DNA from: Phoronis australis | Lineage: Eukaryota > Animalia > Phoronida | Assembly: GCA_002633005.1 (NCBI GenBank) | Contig: NMRA01000023.1 | Span: forward strand, 829,339 to 893,338 | Reading direction: 5' to 3' | Length of the DNA stretch: 64,000 bases | Program-made: the position numbers and the translations under genes | Part shown: piece after piece, positions 24,266 through 48,393 of the stretch | How the letters are laid out: every line of letters begins with the position of its first letter | How positions within the stretch are numbered: position 1 is the first letter of the stretch | Notes under the pieces: generated by a model | Databases searched by the model: none | What the model saw: the letters and a program-made list of their open reading frames with translations, nothing else | What the model was told of the DNA's origin: nothing

Positions 24266-26089
24266 GACCGTGACAGTGCCTGACGATCGAATGCCGGCTT
24301 ACCAAATAACTCCATACGTTCCGTTGTCTGAGCTTGTTCACGGCGCCTCTCTAGTATTTCTTCATCACTGCATGATTTGTGTTCGAATTGATAGCATTTA
24401 AAACTTAACGATCCACCTGCGAAGTCGGGACTGATGAGCTCTAGCTCGTCTTAAGTCGGGATTGCGAGTTGCCATGTTCTTGGCGTATAGTTAATTACTC
24501 AGCGTTCTGTTTCAAAATGAATTATTCTCACCCTAACCAATACTTATATAAAACTGAAACAAAGTCTGTCTCATTAGATGCAATTTGTAGTGCCTTTGGA
24601 GCTAGTGTTCGTGAGTGCAAATGATTTGAGAAGCCAGCAATGAATAAATCACTGTGTTACCGGCTTTAGGTGCAATAAAACTAATTGACGGGACACCGAC
24701 TAGGCCGTGTGAGCTCATGCTAATTTAGTGTTTGCTGGCAGAAACTGTTGTGAAACAACTCGATTTCCATCCCACGGCCAGGTGCTAGGGTAATCTTTAT
24801 TTACATTGACATTACTCAAGTAATGATTGTCAATGTACAACTTCTGCCCTGACGGCGCTGAATTCACGGCCCCCGACGAGTAAGTAGATTTGCAGTTTCG
24901 TGGCTAATTCACCAACATAATCACGTGCACATTACTTTGGCTCACTACTAGGTAGTATTTTCTTGACTGGAAGTTTACTTTCCACTGACCTTTGGCTGCT
25001 TTATGTTCGTGATGTCTGATCAGTTTCCAAGCCACTGGCCGGGATACCGAGTGAATCCGGCCGGCCGCGACGGTTCTGATCGGGCTCCGAGCCACTGGCC
25101 AGGATAACAAGCGTTTTGTGTTTAGAACTCAAAAAATCACAAAGTCTAAACAACACAGATCTAGGTTCTTCTGTCTGTATCTCACGGAAAATACTTCGAA
25201 ATTATCTCCGAACATACCCCAAACTCCTACTACAGACCTTATTAGCCTGCCGAACTTTGTAGGCTACGGTGTGTCCAAATACCAATAAATCCGTAAGAGC
25301 GAAATAAAACAACACGCTTTTAAAAGACCTCGGTGTATTTTTAAGGGTTTTACGTCGAAGTTTGATGATTTATTGGTGTTAAACGATTACTTCAAGCGAT
25401 AAGCTGACACCAGTAACCCATGTTGTCAACTGCTGAACAGACTGCGTGTGAAACCGATGACGTCATTGGATAATTTTAACACCTCTGTCTACCGTCAGGT
25501 GTCAGGTAACGCAACCGTACGTGTCCTTATGGAGTAGAACTACTCGATCTAAATTGATACAAATTAGGTTGTTTTTTGGGAGGCATGCTCCTTTAAGACA
25601 GGTTGGAACAACTTTGAGAAGTTGCATCTTAAAATTGACTGAAATTTATGAGACAGTTTTCTTGAAACGGGACTCTGGGATCTACAGGAGGACTGAACTG
25701 ACGAACTATGTAGATTTTTCAGTTACCGTGACTGTAGTCTCTCGTCTGCTCGAAGCACTGAATCATACATGTACGTGGCGATCAGGAACATTTCTGGCGC
25801 ATGTATAGTGCACCGTGTCATGCGAACCGCAATGAAAATTAATTCTTTCCCGTGGTTGCTACGCATGTTTTGTACGTCTGATTTTTGTTCAAACGATTGT
25901 ATGGCTTTACGGTTAACATTAACTAAAATGTTTTTCATTCGAACATTTAAATGTTTCAGTGCGATTCAATGGCACGAGCGGAAGTTCTGGTGCATGATTC
26001 AATGTTTGTGTGCGTATTGTTGTTGTGCGTTAACAGTGTCGTAAAGAAGGGTGTGAAATTACGCAATATGTACCAGTAATAACAAACCT

Positions 26090-26984
26090 CATGTCGTGAA
26101 CACATCCACTAAAACAAGAAACTGTAGGAACACCGCATTTATCCACCTTCACTCTTATCAGGCTTCTATTGTGAATCAGCATGCGTGAATAATTGGCTGA
26201 TAAGCCACCTCTGGAACTACTTTGGGCTGAATGGATGACCAGGCCATAAAATGATAATTAGCCAAGACCAGTTACTATAATGCAACAAAGAACAAGTAAT
26301 AATGTCTTGCATCACCTCGCCTTGGTGGAAAGCTGTATACTGTATTGGCTCAAACAAACGCTTAGAAAATTTCATTTCACGGGGAGGGGATGCTTATTGT
26401 AGTGAGCCTACTGCAGTGGAAACCCGGTTTCCCAAACGGGTAAAATCGGAAGCTAGGATTCATCAAATTTACGCTCTGTGACGTATTTGTAGCCTATGAC
26501 AGCCTTTCTACAAAATTGTGGTGCATTGCTATCAACTTCCGTTGTTAAATTACGATAATTTTTCAAAAAATTGTGCTCATCACAGGGCGAAAACTTGCCG
26601 ACTGATGCGTCGCTGAATCGCGATCGTCAATAGGAAAACTTGTACTCTTGAATAAAAATATAGTTTCGACTCAACAAATTACCTGAAATCTTCCTGATGT
26701 TTTACAATTTTTAAAGTTCCTGTGGAGTCCAGATTAATTGCGATTAAGTCCAAATGTGCGCTACATCGTACTCCACAACACGAGAAAAATCTCTGGATGA
26801 ACACACATGTTGTTGTCACGTGACGTTTGTTTTGAAGGTCGTCTGCGTATGAGAGTGAGTGAGCGTGCGTGTGCGGGTCATCGACGATAGACTTTTTTGT
26901 TACAAAAGGCGGAGGATTATGCAAGAAAATGGCGTTTACTAGATTGTTTTTCACTTAAACGGCTGTAACGTGCAAGGTGAGTGC
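26090..26984 (+). repeat. Dispersed ~0.9 kb repeat, copy 1 (probably DNA-transposon internal sequence)
   Basis: Near-identical inverted copy at 46496-47384; diverged partial copy at ~55160-55625 next to a TACCGTATTT (pogo/Tc1-like) end at 55133. Confidence 0.9.
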
Positions 26985-28174
26985 GCTCGCAGAGTCACAT
27001 CTCGGAAGTTTCCGGTTTGACGGATGACAAAGAACGATCTCAATGAAATTACACAAAGTCGTTTTAGAGCTTGTAATAGCTATACAAAACGTATTTTGAG
27101 TATTAAAATGCATTTTTTCCAAAACCTAAATAACACACGGAGTAGTTCTACATTTATACAATCCTAACTTGGGTCCTATATTTTTGTATTCGTGCGCGCC
27201 GAATGAAAGTAATCGTGAGTGTTTCTGTGTTGCAAAATCTCTTATCCTGGGCCGATTTGAAAAATTCAAAGTTGTATTCGTATTTGTTTTCGCTCCTCTT
27301 TTCAAATATTACAGTAAAAACTACGTAAAATTCTCTCCATAAAAAGTACAGTTGTTAGGCTAGACTGTAATCAGCTGATCATATCCGCATGAGCGAAGTC
27401 AATTATCCTCGCTCGTGACTCGATGAATAGAGCAGCTTGGCGGCATCCCTTTGAGCATGAGCCGAGCGCGTCTCAGCCAAGGTGGATAAATACGGTCTAG
27501 TTCAATTTTCCATACCCCGCCGTTTACCTTAAACACCGGGGTTAGAACCAATTTTATTTAGTGGGAATGTTCATAGCATGTGATGGAAACGCGCTGAGCC
27601 AAGAGTTGAGTATGCCTAGCTGTCAAGTGGTGCTGGCGGCCGCGACCAAGATAGTGGGTGGTTTGAAACGATAAAAAGCAAGGGCGATGGATGAGAGACC
27701 CTAATTTACTGGTACCACACTGAGGCGCCACTGACTGTGTCAAGCATGTCCCGGTTTAATCCTGGTCTGAGATAATATATTGATCCTAGCCAAGACGCTG
27801 GGTCTTCTTTTTTTCTAATTCACTGAGTAACTCAATTTGACATGTGTCACGGTGATAGCGCATGAAAAGCACACGATAGTAGGCCAATGGCCACGTCTCA
27901 CTGTGACATTGTTAGGACCAAACTAGACGAAAGGATTTGCATTGTCGGTCTACAGTAAAATCAAGTAAAGTACGTCCACCTGTATATACGAAAGCAAACA
28001 CATGTTCATTGGACCAGTTCCCGTTTTCCTATTCCAGAACTAAACACATGGGCGGCCCACACTTTTTTCAGTGTTGCGCAGCCCATGGTCTATGGGCGGT
28101 GCATCACAGGAGGGCTATAGCCCCCACTTGTTTCAGTGCTCGGTTGCCTATATGAAACAGAGACCAGTTTCCAT

Positions 28175-28830
28175 GACAGCGTTCTGCAACTTTTCCAGAC
28201 GTGAGGGGTGCTGAACGTTCGATAAAATCTGGCTCTTTTGTTAACTGCGCAGCACTCTTGTTTGTCCCGTATGACAACAAACAGGCCAATTATCTCCCAG
28301 GCTTCAAAGGGTTAATGAAACCTGGCAGAATGGGTTCCATTCTATAGCCCAACAACAAGTTGGGAAGTTTACCCCTGTAGCCAATCTCTTACACGACTGA
28401 TTGACTCCATTCTGACATTTATGGTTGGAGGGCCAGCTCTCTTTTGTTCGATAATTGCTCTAATCTCCAATAAGATCCTATCTACCGGGACTGGGCTGTG
28501 ATGTTAAAAATAAAAGTTAAGTTACTACATATTTGAACATAAACCAATAGCATTTCTGACATCTTCGTCAAATGGTGATCATGTTTAGTTGTTGAATCTC
28601 CAAAATCGCCCAACTGCAACCGAAGTTACGACAATCTATTATTTCCGAATAAACCAATTCACACTGAGTTAGACTGTGTTCACGCGTGGTCTGTTATAAG
28701 CCTAGACGATGATTAGCCTGCTTGTTGTCATAACAGACAAAAAGAGTGAGCATCGATGGCAGTTAACAAAGAAACTAGATGTTATCACACGCTCAGAACC
28801 CCCTACGTCTGGTAAAGTCAATGAACGGGA
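28175..28830. mobile_element. Old foldback element with long diverged arms and a different repeat at its centre
   Basis: 28185-28310 (TTCCAGACGTGAGGGG...GTTAACTGC...GACAACAAACAGGC) is an inverted match to 28695-28820. The centre, 28340-28665, matches 42414-42485 plus 46067-46285, and 53035-53100. Confidence 0.7.
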
Positions 28831-29981
28831 AAACCGTGTCATGATTCCCGCAAGGGGCGCAAGATGCATAAGTCACCTACCGTACAAAGAATCCTGTACT
28901 TATCACGAATGAAAACAGGTTGATAAAAGCGGTACAGTATTCCTTTAATAAACAGCTGCATCTGAAAGAACTGGATCTTAAACAGGAAACGCCCTGACTC
29001 TTTCCCTCCACAGTACTAGAGAGTAAACTATCAAAGAGGAAAAACACAGTGAGCTAGTGCACACAGTGAGCTACTGCACTTCATTCTGGCTGGCCCCAAA
29101 GCCAGTGATGTTGAACACAAAATGTTACTCCTGCATCAGTAAAGTTTGGATGTCAAGGAACCTAGAGGTGATACTTTCTTCAAATATAGGTCCAAATGCT
29201 TAGCTGAAGGAGGGGCTATTCCAGTGAATTTCTGTTGCGATGAAACGACAAATTTAATGTAACAGAACATGGGATCAATTAACCTTAACAACTGTACAAG
29301 ATTAATAACATAACCGCTTAGAAATAGACACATTTCACAAGCACAACTCTGCTTGGTTTCAAGAGGAACAGCCACTACCCCTGTAGGAAATGAGAAAAAC
29401 GGCACCATACGATCTGGCTAGTATACATACCACGCTTAAGAGCTTGGGTCACAATAAAATAGCATAAGTTACACAAAACTAGCACAGTTCAAAAAGCCTG
29501 TCGTATACGTGTACATGTACCGAGTAAACAAGACAGATAACGTACAGCAACATCCCTCGCGCATCTCTTAACCATTTCTAACTGTTTCACAATGAACCTA
29601 TGCCCACACCTAAGAAACCTTGTACTGAATTACACTTCTAGGCAACAACTGCTAACACTAACAAGGGAGGTTCAAAGGTGATCCCTGCAATGTGTGATGG
29701 TCTCGGGCAACAGATGTCCCTAAAGACAGTAGGAACAAAGATTTTCATCCACTATCGTTAGAGCTTTTTGGATGCCATCACTTGACACTATGACACTATC
29801 AACCAAAGACTCAAAGTAAACAATATTATATAAGTTACATGTATGCTGCAACATTTTTAAAAGAACTGCCTGAAAGCCCCCCTCCCCCCCGGGCTATAAG
29901 CTGGCTGACTGCAGGTCCAATACGCCAAAAAAACACAAAACCTTAACTGAACCAAACACACACTACACAGCTATCAGCTCC

Positions 29982-41499
<11,518 letters not shown>

Positions 41500-41603
41500 T
41501 TTAAATTAGCGACATCTCTCGGATCTCTCACTCCACTATTTTCCAATTTTCACGAAAGACGTCGCTCTAGTCGGTTGGCGATACAAGCAATGAGTGGTCC
41601 CCC

Positions 41604-42010
41604 GGCTGGCTGGTCCCCTGCTAGGCAATGACCATCGCCTCTGTTGGCCCGAACCCGATTTTGGGAACTGAAATAGGGACTGCAAGAAGAAAAAGTTTCA
41701 TAACGGGAGTATTTGTTCGAGTTGGAAGGACTTAAACACATCGACAACTTCCTAGTAATTTGTTCCTCTATGCGCAAAAGGTATTCAAGTATAACAACGT
41801 GACTTTGATGGATTAGTCGGTGCGAGGCATAATTCGCCGAATTACGGCGTACAGAGCGCCTATAGCCTCTGTATCGCCTCTGGTTCGGGCCCGGCAACAG
41901 AGGCGATGGTCATTGCCTAGTCCCCTGCGTGCCGCTAGCTACTGAGGTCAGTGGTAGCCATGAGCACGCCGGTACCTGACTGCAGGTATCAAATGAGACT
42001 CGCAGTCAGA
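41604..42010. mobile_element. Fragment of the CCTCGCTGGTTCCCTGCGTGC MITE family, interrupted by a younger MITE
   Basis: Removing the 41622-41919 insert and one TSD copy restores GCTGGTCCCCTGCGTGCCGCTAG, matching the end of the 23464-24028 element. Confidence 0.65.
41622..41919. mobile_element. MITE ~120 bp upstream of the YIPF3 start codon
   Basis: Perfect 25-bp TIR TAGGCAATGACCATCGCCTCTGTTG; direct repeat GTCCCCTGC (9 bp, or 7 bp if the ends are CTAG) on both sides. Confidence 0.9.
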
Positions 42011-42485
42011 CAGCGCGTGACACACGGTCTGCCATATTGATGATGAACGCTATGTTATAATTATATAGTACCTATTTTTCAACTGTTTGTAAACGGACAG
42101 TGCCGGGCTGTCAAAGGGGCCGCTCTCTGGCGGGCGCGCCATTACATCAATGTATTCCCCAATTTTTTAGAATGGCCCTGAAAATTCCTTGACCCGAAGC
42201 CACTCGATTCATACTATCAGAATATAGACAGACACTGTTTTTAGTTGTATTCTTTTGTTTTGTTGTCGGGTTCTTTGCGGACTGACGGAGTTGCCGGATT
42301 CGGGCAGGGCATGACCCTTGAGTTCAGTATGATGATGTAATTTGTTTACTGCAGAATAGTGTGGAACTTTCTAGAAGACTCCAGCAACACAGTGATTAAT
42401 GCAGTCTGGAATATTCTGTAGCCAATATCTTACACGACTAATTGACTCCATTCTGGAATTCGAGGGCCAGCTCTCGTTCGGTAAT

Positions 42486-45400
42486 GGGGCTATTCGGAGA
42501 ATTCTCCTCGCGGTGTCGCTGCTAGTGGTGATTGAATTGCGCATGCGTGGTTGTCTGCATGCATGTAAACAACTGGTAAAAGATGGAATTTTTATCAAAA
42601 TACGTCGTCGCGCTAAGCCTTATTACTGCTAATTTCCCATGTACACAAGTCTTCGACAGGTGGCCTCAAATTCCCAAGAGACCTAAGGTTACTATATTCG
42701 TGGACAATTGCGGTCAACAGGGTCAACTAACTGACAAAAACGTGTGGATGCTGAAGCCCCGTGTGTGCTCTATGACTATGCAGTTCCATTCGGAGACTAC
42801 ACAACATTACTTGGTAAGTTTTTAGCAGTCTGTTTCTATAAACATCGTTCGGTAATGTTATCCCGACCAGTTACCCCATTGAATAAAAGGTTTATTGAGT
42901 GGAACTAGGTGTTTCTTTTTGGAAACTCACCCGATGCCGGGTAGGCTAGCAGCACGATATTGTCCTGGGAGGGAGTGCTCCCAAAATAAGAGGTGTATGG
43001 TACGTGATGCACAGAAGTCAAGAATGACTTTTTCACAGCAGTTTCTCTTCAAAACTATGCTGTTTCCAATGAAATTCTCTAGATGAGTGAGTTTCCTTGT
43101 TTTATCTTGGACCCCACCCCCAGGACCACCAGCTCAGTTATCGAATTAACATGAATAAGCCTTAATTCAGTAAATGTCGTAACGTTGCATTAGAAGATAT
43201 GAAGACTTGGGTCATTTAAAAATGATGGATAAAGAGTAATTACAAATCGTAAGGCACCATCAAAAATGCAATTTTCACAAAATTTATAACGACTTGCAAC
43301 ATTTCAAGGCATAAAGTTAAGACTATTCAGTCACTGTGAATTCGGAAAATGTAATATATTTTCGTGGTTTTACAATTGATACAAGTAGCAAAACAGTTTC
43401 ATGAAATCAACTTGAAGGGACTTCGTGAAGGTTAAGAATTACATGTACATCACCATGCTCTTTTCCCCAAACATGTATTACCTGTTATTTCCACACATTC
43501 AGTTGTACCAAATATTACAACCCCCCATGCCAATCCCCCCCTCGGGACCTGAATAAGTAATTTAACAAAATGACTTTAAAAATAGCTGTTCCTTTTCAAA
43601 GGCTTTGTTCGTTGTCTCCAATATTGAAAGTAGGCTTTGACAACAGATCTGCACTGGATGGGAAGATCTTGTTGGTTAGCTGCCGTCGAATGCTAAAAAC
43701 CAATTTTTGTCCATTCAGGGACGGTGCAGAAGCGATGCATACATGTATCTCCTCTGCACGGTACAAGCCTTCAAACCTAAAAACCAAAAGTTACGTGAAA
43801 GCTGACGTGATAGATTTCCATTTCAACGTGTAATAGATTTCCAGAAGACATATGATGGGGAGTAAACAAATAGTCTAATGCAATGGATATTTATCACTCA
43901 CGTACCCTTTGCCATTGGAATTGGATTGTAATCTTAAAGGAGCATGCCACCCAAAAAACAACCTAATTTGTATCAATTTAGATCGAGTAGTTCTACTCCA
44001 TAACGACACGTAAGGTTGCGTTACCTGACACGTGACGGCAGACGGAGGTGTTGAAATTATCCAATGACGTCATCGGTTTCACACGCAGTCTGTTCAGCAG
44101 TTCACAACACGGGTTACTGGTGTCAGCTTATCGCTTGAAGTCATCGTTTAACACCAATAAATCATCAAACTTCGATGTAAAACCCTTAAAAATACACCGA
44201 TTTCTGATAAAAACGTTTTGTTTTATTTCGCTCTTACGGATTTATTGGGATTTGGCCTACAAAATTCGGCAGGCCAATAAGGTCCGTAGCAGGAGTTTGG
44301 GGTCTGTTCGGAGATAATTTCGAAGTATTTTCCGTGAGATACAGGCAGGAGAACCTAGATCTGTGTTGTTTAGACTTGTTATTTTTTGAGTTCTAAACAC
44401 AAAACGCTCGTTAGCCTGGCCAGTGGCTCGGAGCCCGATCAGGCCCGTCGCGGCCGGCCGGATTGACTCGTTATTCCCGCCAGTGGCTCGGAATCTGATC
44501 AGACATCACGAACATAAACCAGCCAAAGCTCAGTGGAAACTAAACTTCCATTCAAGAAAATACAAAACTAGTGAGCCAAAGCAATGTGCACGTGATTATG
44601 TTGGTGAATTAGCCGCGAAACTGCAAATCTACTTACTCGTCGGGGGCCGCGAATTCAGGTTCCGCTTTTGGCCACAGCACCGTCAGGGTAGACGTTGTAC
44701 ATTGACAATCATTATTTGAGTAATGTAATTGTAAATAAAGATTCCCCTAACACCTGGCCGTGGGATGGAAATCGAGTTGTTTCACAACAGTTTCTGCCAG
44801 CTAACATTAAATTAGCATGATCTCACACGGCCTAGGTGTCCCGTCAAATTAATAGTTTTATTGCACCTAAAGCCGGTAACGCAGTGATTTATTCATTGCT
44901 GGCTTCTCAAATCATTTGCACTCACGAACACTCCAAAGGCATAACAAATTGCATCTAATGAGACAGACTTTGTTTCTGTTTTATATAAGTATTGGTTAGG
45001 GTGAGAATAATTCATTTTGAAACAGAACGCTCAGTAATGAACGCCAACATGGCCCGACTTAGGACGAGCTTGAGCTCATCAGTCCCGACTTTGAAGGTGG
45101 ATCATTAAGTTTTACAGGCTATCAATTCGACCAGGAATACAGTGATGGAGAAATACTAGAGAGGCGCCGTGAACAAGCTCAGACGGAACGTATGGAGTTA
45201 TTTGGTAAGCCGGCATTCGTCAGGCACTGTCTACGTCTGCAGGCCACACACACGGAGATGTTTCACGGCCTCATACTTGCTATTTACAGCGTACATTTCA
45301 TTCTTCACTACCATGAGCCACTTCCTAAGCATTTCGGACTCTCGAGGAAGTAAAAAAACGATATGCCCGCTTTCCTCGTAGCTGCTTACTTCAGACAAGC

Positions 45401-46066
45401 GGGAGCGATGCACCGCAACATAGCGGCATTCACTCTGCATATGAACCACTGACGTCGCTAGCGTCGTTTCTCCCCTTCCTCACAACCTAACGCGACACTT
45501 CTTGGCAAGGTAAGGTCGGCCGTATGCGAGGCGATGTGGATACAGACCGATTAAGACGGCAAAAAAGACTAATTAAATCGGGTGGCATTCTCCTTTAACT
45601 CATTAACCTGTATCGAGTTGACAGCATAAACATTCAGCATTGATTGATGCAACTGTCACTGATAAACTTTTAGAAATCATTCCAAACAATAATAATGCTT
45701 TGATGTACGAAAAGATCCCGATTGCTACGTCAAGTATCGTATCACATATCACAACATACAAAGATTAACCAGACTCTGGCTGGCGACTGACTGCCGCGAA
45801 GTCGACATCGGCGAGTGCCTCAGTTAACAGGCATCGGTAGAATAATCAAGGAATAATCGTTAAAATAATCACAAACCTTACCTTTGTATGAGGTAGTGCT
45901 TACTTCCTGTCATAGAAGCACCCTTTTTACGCAATCTCAGATTCAGTTGGCACGGCTGCAAGCCATTTCACCATGTATTTAAAGGGCTCGCGAAATCGAG
46001 GCTGTTAATCTATCACCACTAGTACACGCACGCCCTCTAGTTAGTGTAGATTTTCCGAATAGCCCC
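42486..46066 (-). mobile_element. ISL2EU-like element, copy 2 (inverted, lacks ~38950-40497 of copy 1, hosts Kolobok copy 2)
   Basis: TIRs GGGGCTATTCGGA / TCCGAATAGCCCC; AT TSD (42484-85, 46067-68); empty site GTTCGATAATTGCTCTAA at ~28446-28463; long reverse-complement identity to 37712-38950 and 40497-41115. Confidence 0.9.
43938..45594 (-). mobile_element. Kolobok-like element, copy 2
   Basis: TTAA TSD (43934-37, 45595-98); TIRs AGGAGCATGCCACCC / GGGTGGCATTCTCCT; single-TTAA empty site at 38170-38173. Confidence 0.92.
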
Positions 46067-46495
46067 ATTGCTTTAAACTTCAACAGCCTGACTGGGCTGT
46101 ACTGTTAAAATAAAAGTTAAGTCAGTTTATAACATATTTGAACATGAACCAATAGAATTTCTGAAATCCACGTCAAATGTTGATCATGTTTAGTAATTGA
46201 ATCGCTAAAATCGCCCAACTGCAACCGAAGTCAGTACGATAATCTATTCTTTCGTGGCAGGCAAACGTACCCCAATTCACTCTGGGTTTGATGGTGCTCA
46301 CACATCTGTACTAAAGCTTGGTAGATTATTGGCGTGCCTGGCTGACCACTGCGTCAGTGTCTCCGTTAGACCCAGAAATTTCACACAGCCCGGGTAGTTC
46401 ATCTCGTCCCCAACATGTAGATCGAGCCTTGGACTATTAATACTCCACGGCATAGCTAACGTCGGCCTGTGCACACAAAATCTGTGAGCTAACCA

Positions 46496-47384
46496 GCACT
46501 CACCTTGCATGTTGCAGCCGCTTAAGTGAAACACAATCCAGTAAACGCCATTTTTTTGCATAATCCTCCGCCTTTTGTAACAAAAAAGTCTGTCGTCGAT
46601 GACCTGCACACGCACGCTCACTAACTCTCATACGCAGACGAACTTCAAAACAATCGTCACGTGACAACAACATGTGTGTTCATCCAGAGATTTTCCTCGT
46701 GTTGTGGGGTACATTGTAGCGCAGATTTGGACTTAATCGCAATTAATCTGGACTTCACATGAACTTTAAAAATTGTAAAACATAAGGAAGATTTCAGGTA
46801 ATTTGTTGAGTCGAAACTATATTTTTATGCAAGAGTTCAAGTTTTCCTGTTGACGATCGCGATTCAGCGACGCATCCGTCGGCAAGTTTTCGCCCTGTGA
46901 TGAACACAATTTTTTGAAAAATTATTGTAATTTAACAACGGAAGTTGATAGCAATGCACCACAATTTTGTAGAAAGGCTGTCATAGGCTACAACTACGTC
47001 ACAGAGCGTAAATTTGATGAATCCTAGCTTCCGATTTTACCCGTTTGGGAAACCGGGTTTCAACTGCCGTAGGCTCACTACAATAAGCGTCCCCTCCCCT
47101 TGAAATGAATTTTTCTAAGCGTTTGTTTGAGCCAATACAGTATACAGCTTTCCACCAAGGCTAGGTGATGCAAGACATTATTCTTTGTTGCATTATATTA
47201 ACTGGTCTTGGCTAAATATCATTTTATGGCCTCGTCATCCATTCAGCCAAAAGTAGTTCCAGAAGTGGCTTATCAGCCAATTATTCACGCATGCTGACTC
47301 ACAATAGAAGCCTGATAAGAGTGAAGGTGGATAAATGCGGTGTTCCTACAGTTTCTTGTTTTAGTGGATGTGTTCACGACATGG
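46496..47384 (-). repeat. Dispersed ~0.9 kb repeat, copy 2 (inverted)
   Basis: Reverse complement of 26090-26984. Confidence 0.9.
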
Positions 47385-47477
47385 TAGTTTTGACACAGAA
47401 CTACAGACGATCCGATCGATGGCATGCAGCGATGATGAGTACGTTCTGACCGTAATAAATTCGAGTACCTGATAACA

Positions 47478-48197
47478 CAGGCATCCTCAGCTTCTTAGTC
47501 CCCAATACACTATGCATAATACAAAAGGTAAGCCCGGATTCGGGAATAGGAATTCCATGGGTGCTTCAGGTGACTTACAGCAGTCCATCTCAAACACGAA
47601 TCTCTATAAATTTACGCAAAACAGGGATTTAATAAACCATGAGCAATTGTTTTCAGTTTCTTTTGATCGCATTTATAGCGTCCTGCTCCAGCGAGTTCGT
47701 AGCAATTTCAGTCGTAGCCAAAACACAAAAATCTTACCAAAAGTCCAATGCGTTCCAACTCCTGAGTGAGCCATGTGAGTCGGTGAGGTCAAGTACCGAC
47801 GGAATTACCCGACCATTCCGTGATGTTCCGTAATGAACCGACAATTGCCGTTATCCATCCGAAACTCAGCGGATAAATTCGTACCATACTGGAAATGGAA
47901 CCGACTCACGTGACTCACTCGGCCCGGGGAGTTGCGACGCATCGTTTTTTGGGGAGATTTTTGTGTTTTGACCGCGAATTCGTTGCAAACTCACTAGAGC
48001 AGGACGCTGTAAATACTATGAGAAAGAACAATGATTGCTCATGGTTTGTTGAATCACTGTTTTGAGTAAATTTACTGCAATGTGTGTTTGAGATGGACGG
48101 CTGAAATGAAGCACCCGTGGAATTCGTATTCCCGAGTGCCAGACCTTTTAGCATTATACATAGTGTATTGTGGTTGACCAAAAGCTGAGGATACTTG
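47478..48197. mobile_element. Foldback (long-TIR) MITE, copy 2, just upstream of the astacin promoter
   Basis: CAGGCATCCTCAGCTT...CCCAATACACTATG / CATAGTGTATTG...AAGCTGAGGATACTTG; ~250-bp diverged arms; homologous to 37193-41256. Confidence 0.8.
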
Positions 48198-48337
48198 CGC
48201 CTGATAAAAATATCTAGTTCACACTACGGAACCAGCTCACTGATATTTTGGAAAAACATATGTCGTTATGTACACGTTATGACGTTGAACCTAGATAGAA
48301 CGCCTAACAGCCATGATAAACTTTAGATTCTGAATAG

Positions 48338-48344
48338 TATATAA
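48338..48344 (+). promoter_or_regulatory. Candidate TATA box of the astacin gene
   Basis: TATATAA beginning 56 bp upstream of the AAAATG start. Confidence 0.5.
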
Positions 48345-48393
48345 CGAACTATCACTCATTTGGTCGATCGGCTCTACAATTAACTTGGTCAAA

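Larger units (their letters stand above)
23337..25592 (+). mobile_element. Non-autonomous Kolobok-like DNA transposon, copy 1, carrying a nested MITE
   Basis: TTAA TSD (23333-36, 25593-96); TIRs AGGAGAATGCCACCC / GGGAGGCATGCTCCT with RR...YY ends; degenerate THAP domain inside; colinear with 43938-45594 (inverted) and 53102-54235. Confidence 0.88.

Noticed and set aside
24054-24401. Repeated ORF MVHMQSECRY... (also 45231-45449 and 53247-53471) as a small gene family
   Set aside because: Frameshifted THAP remnant inside a non-autonomous transposon.
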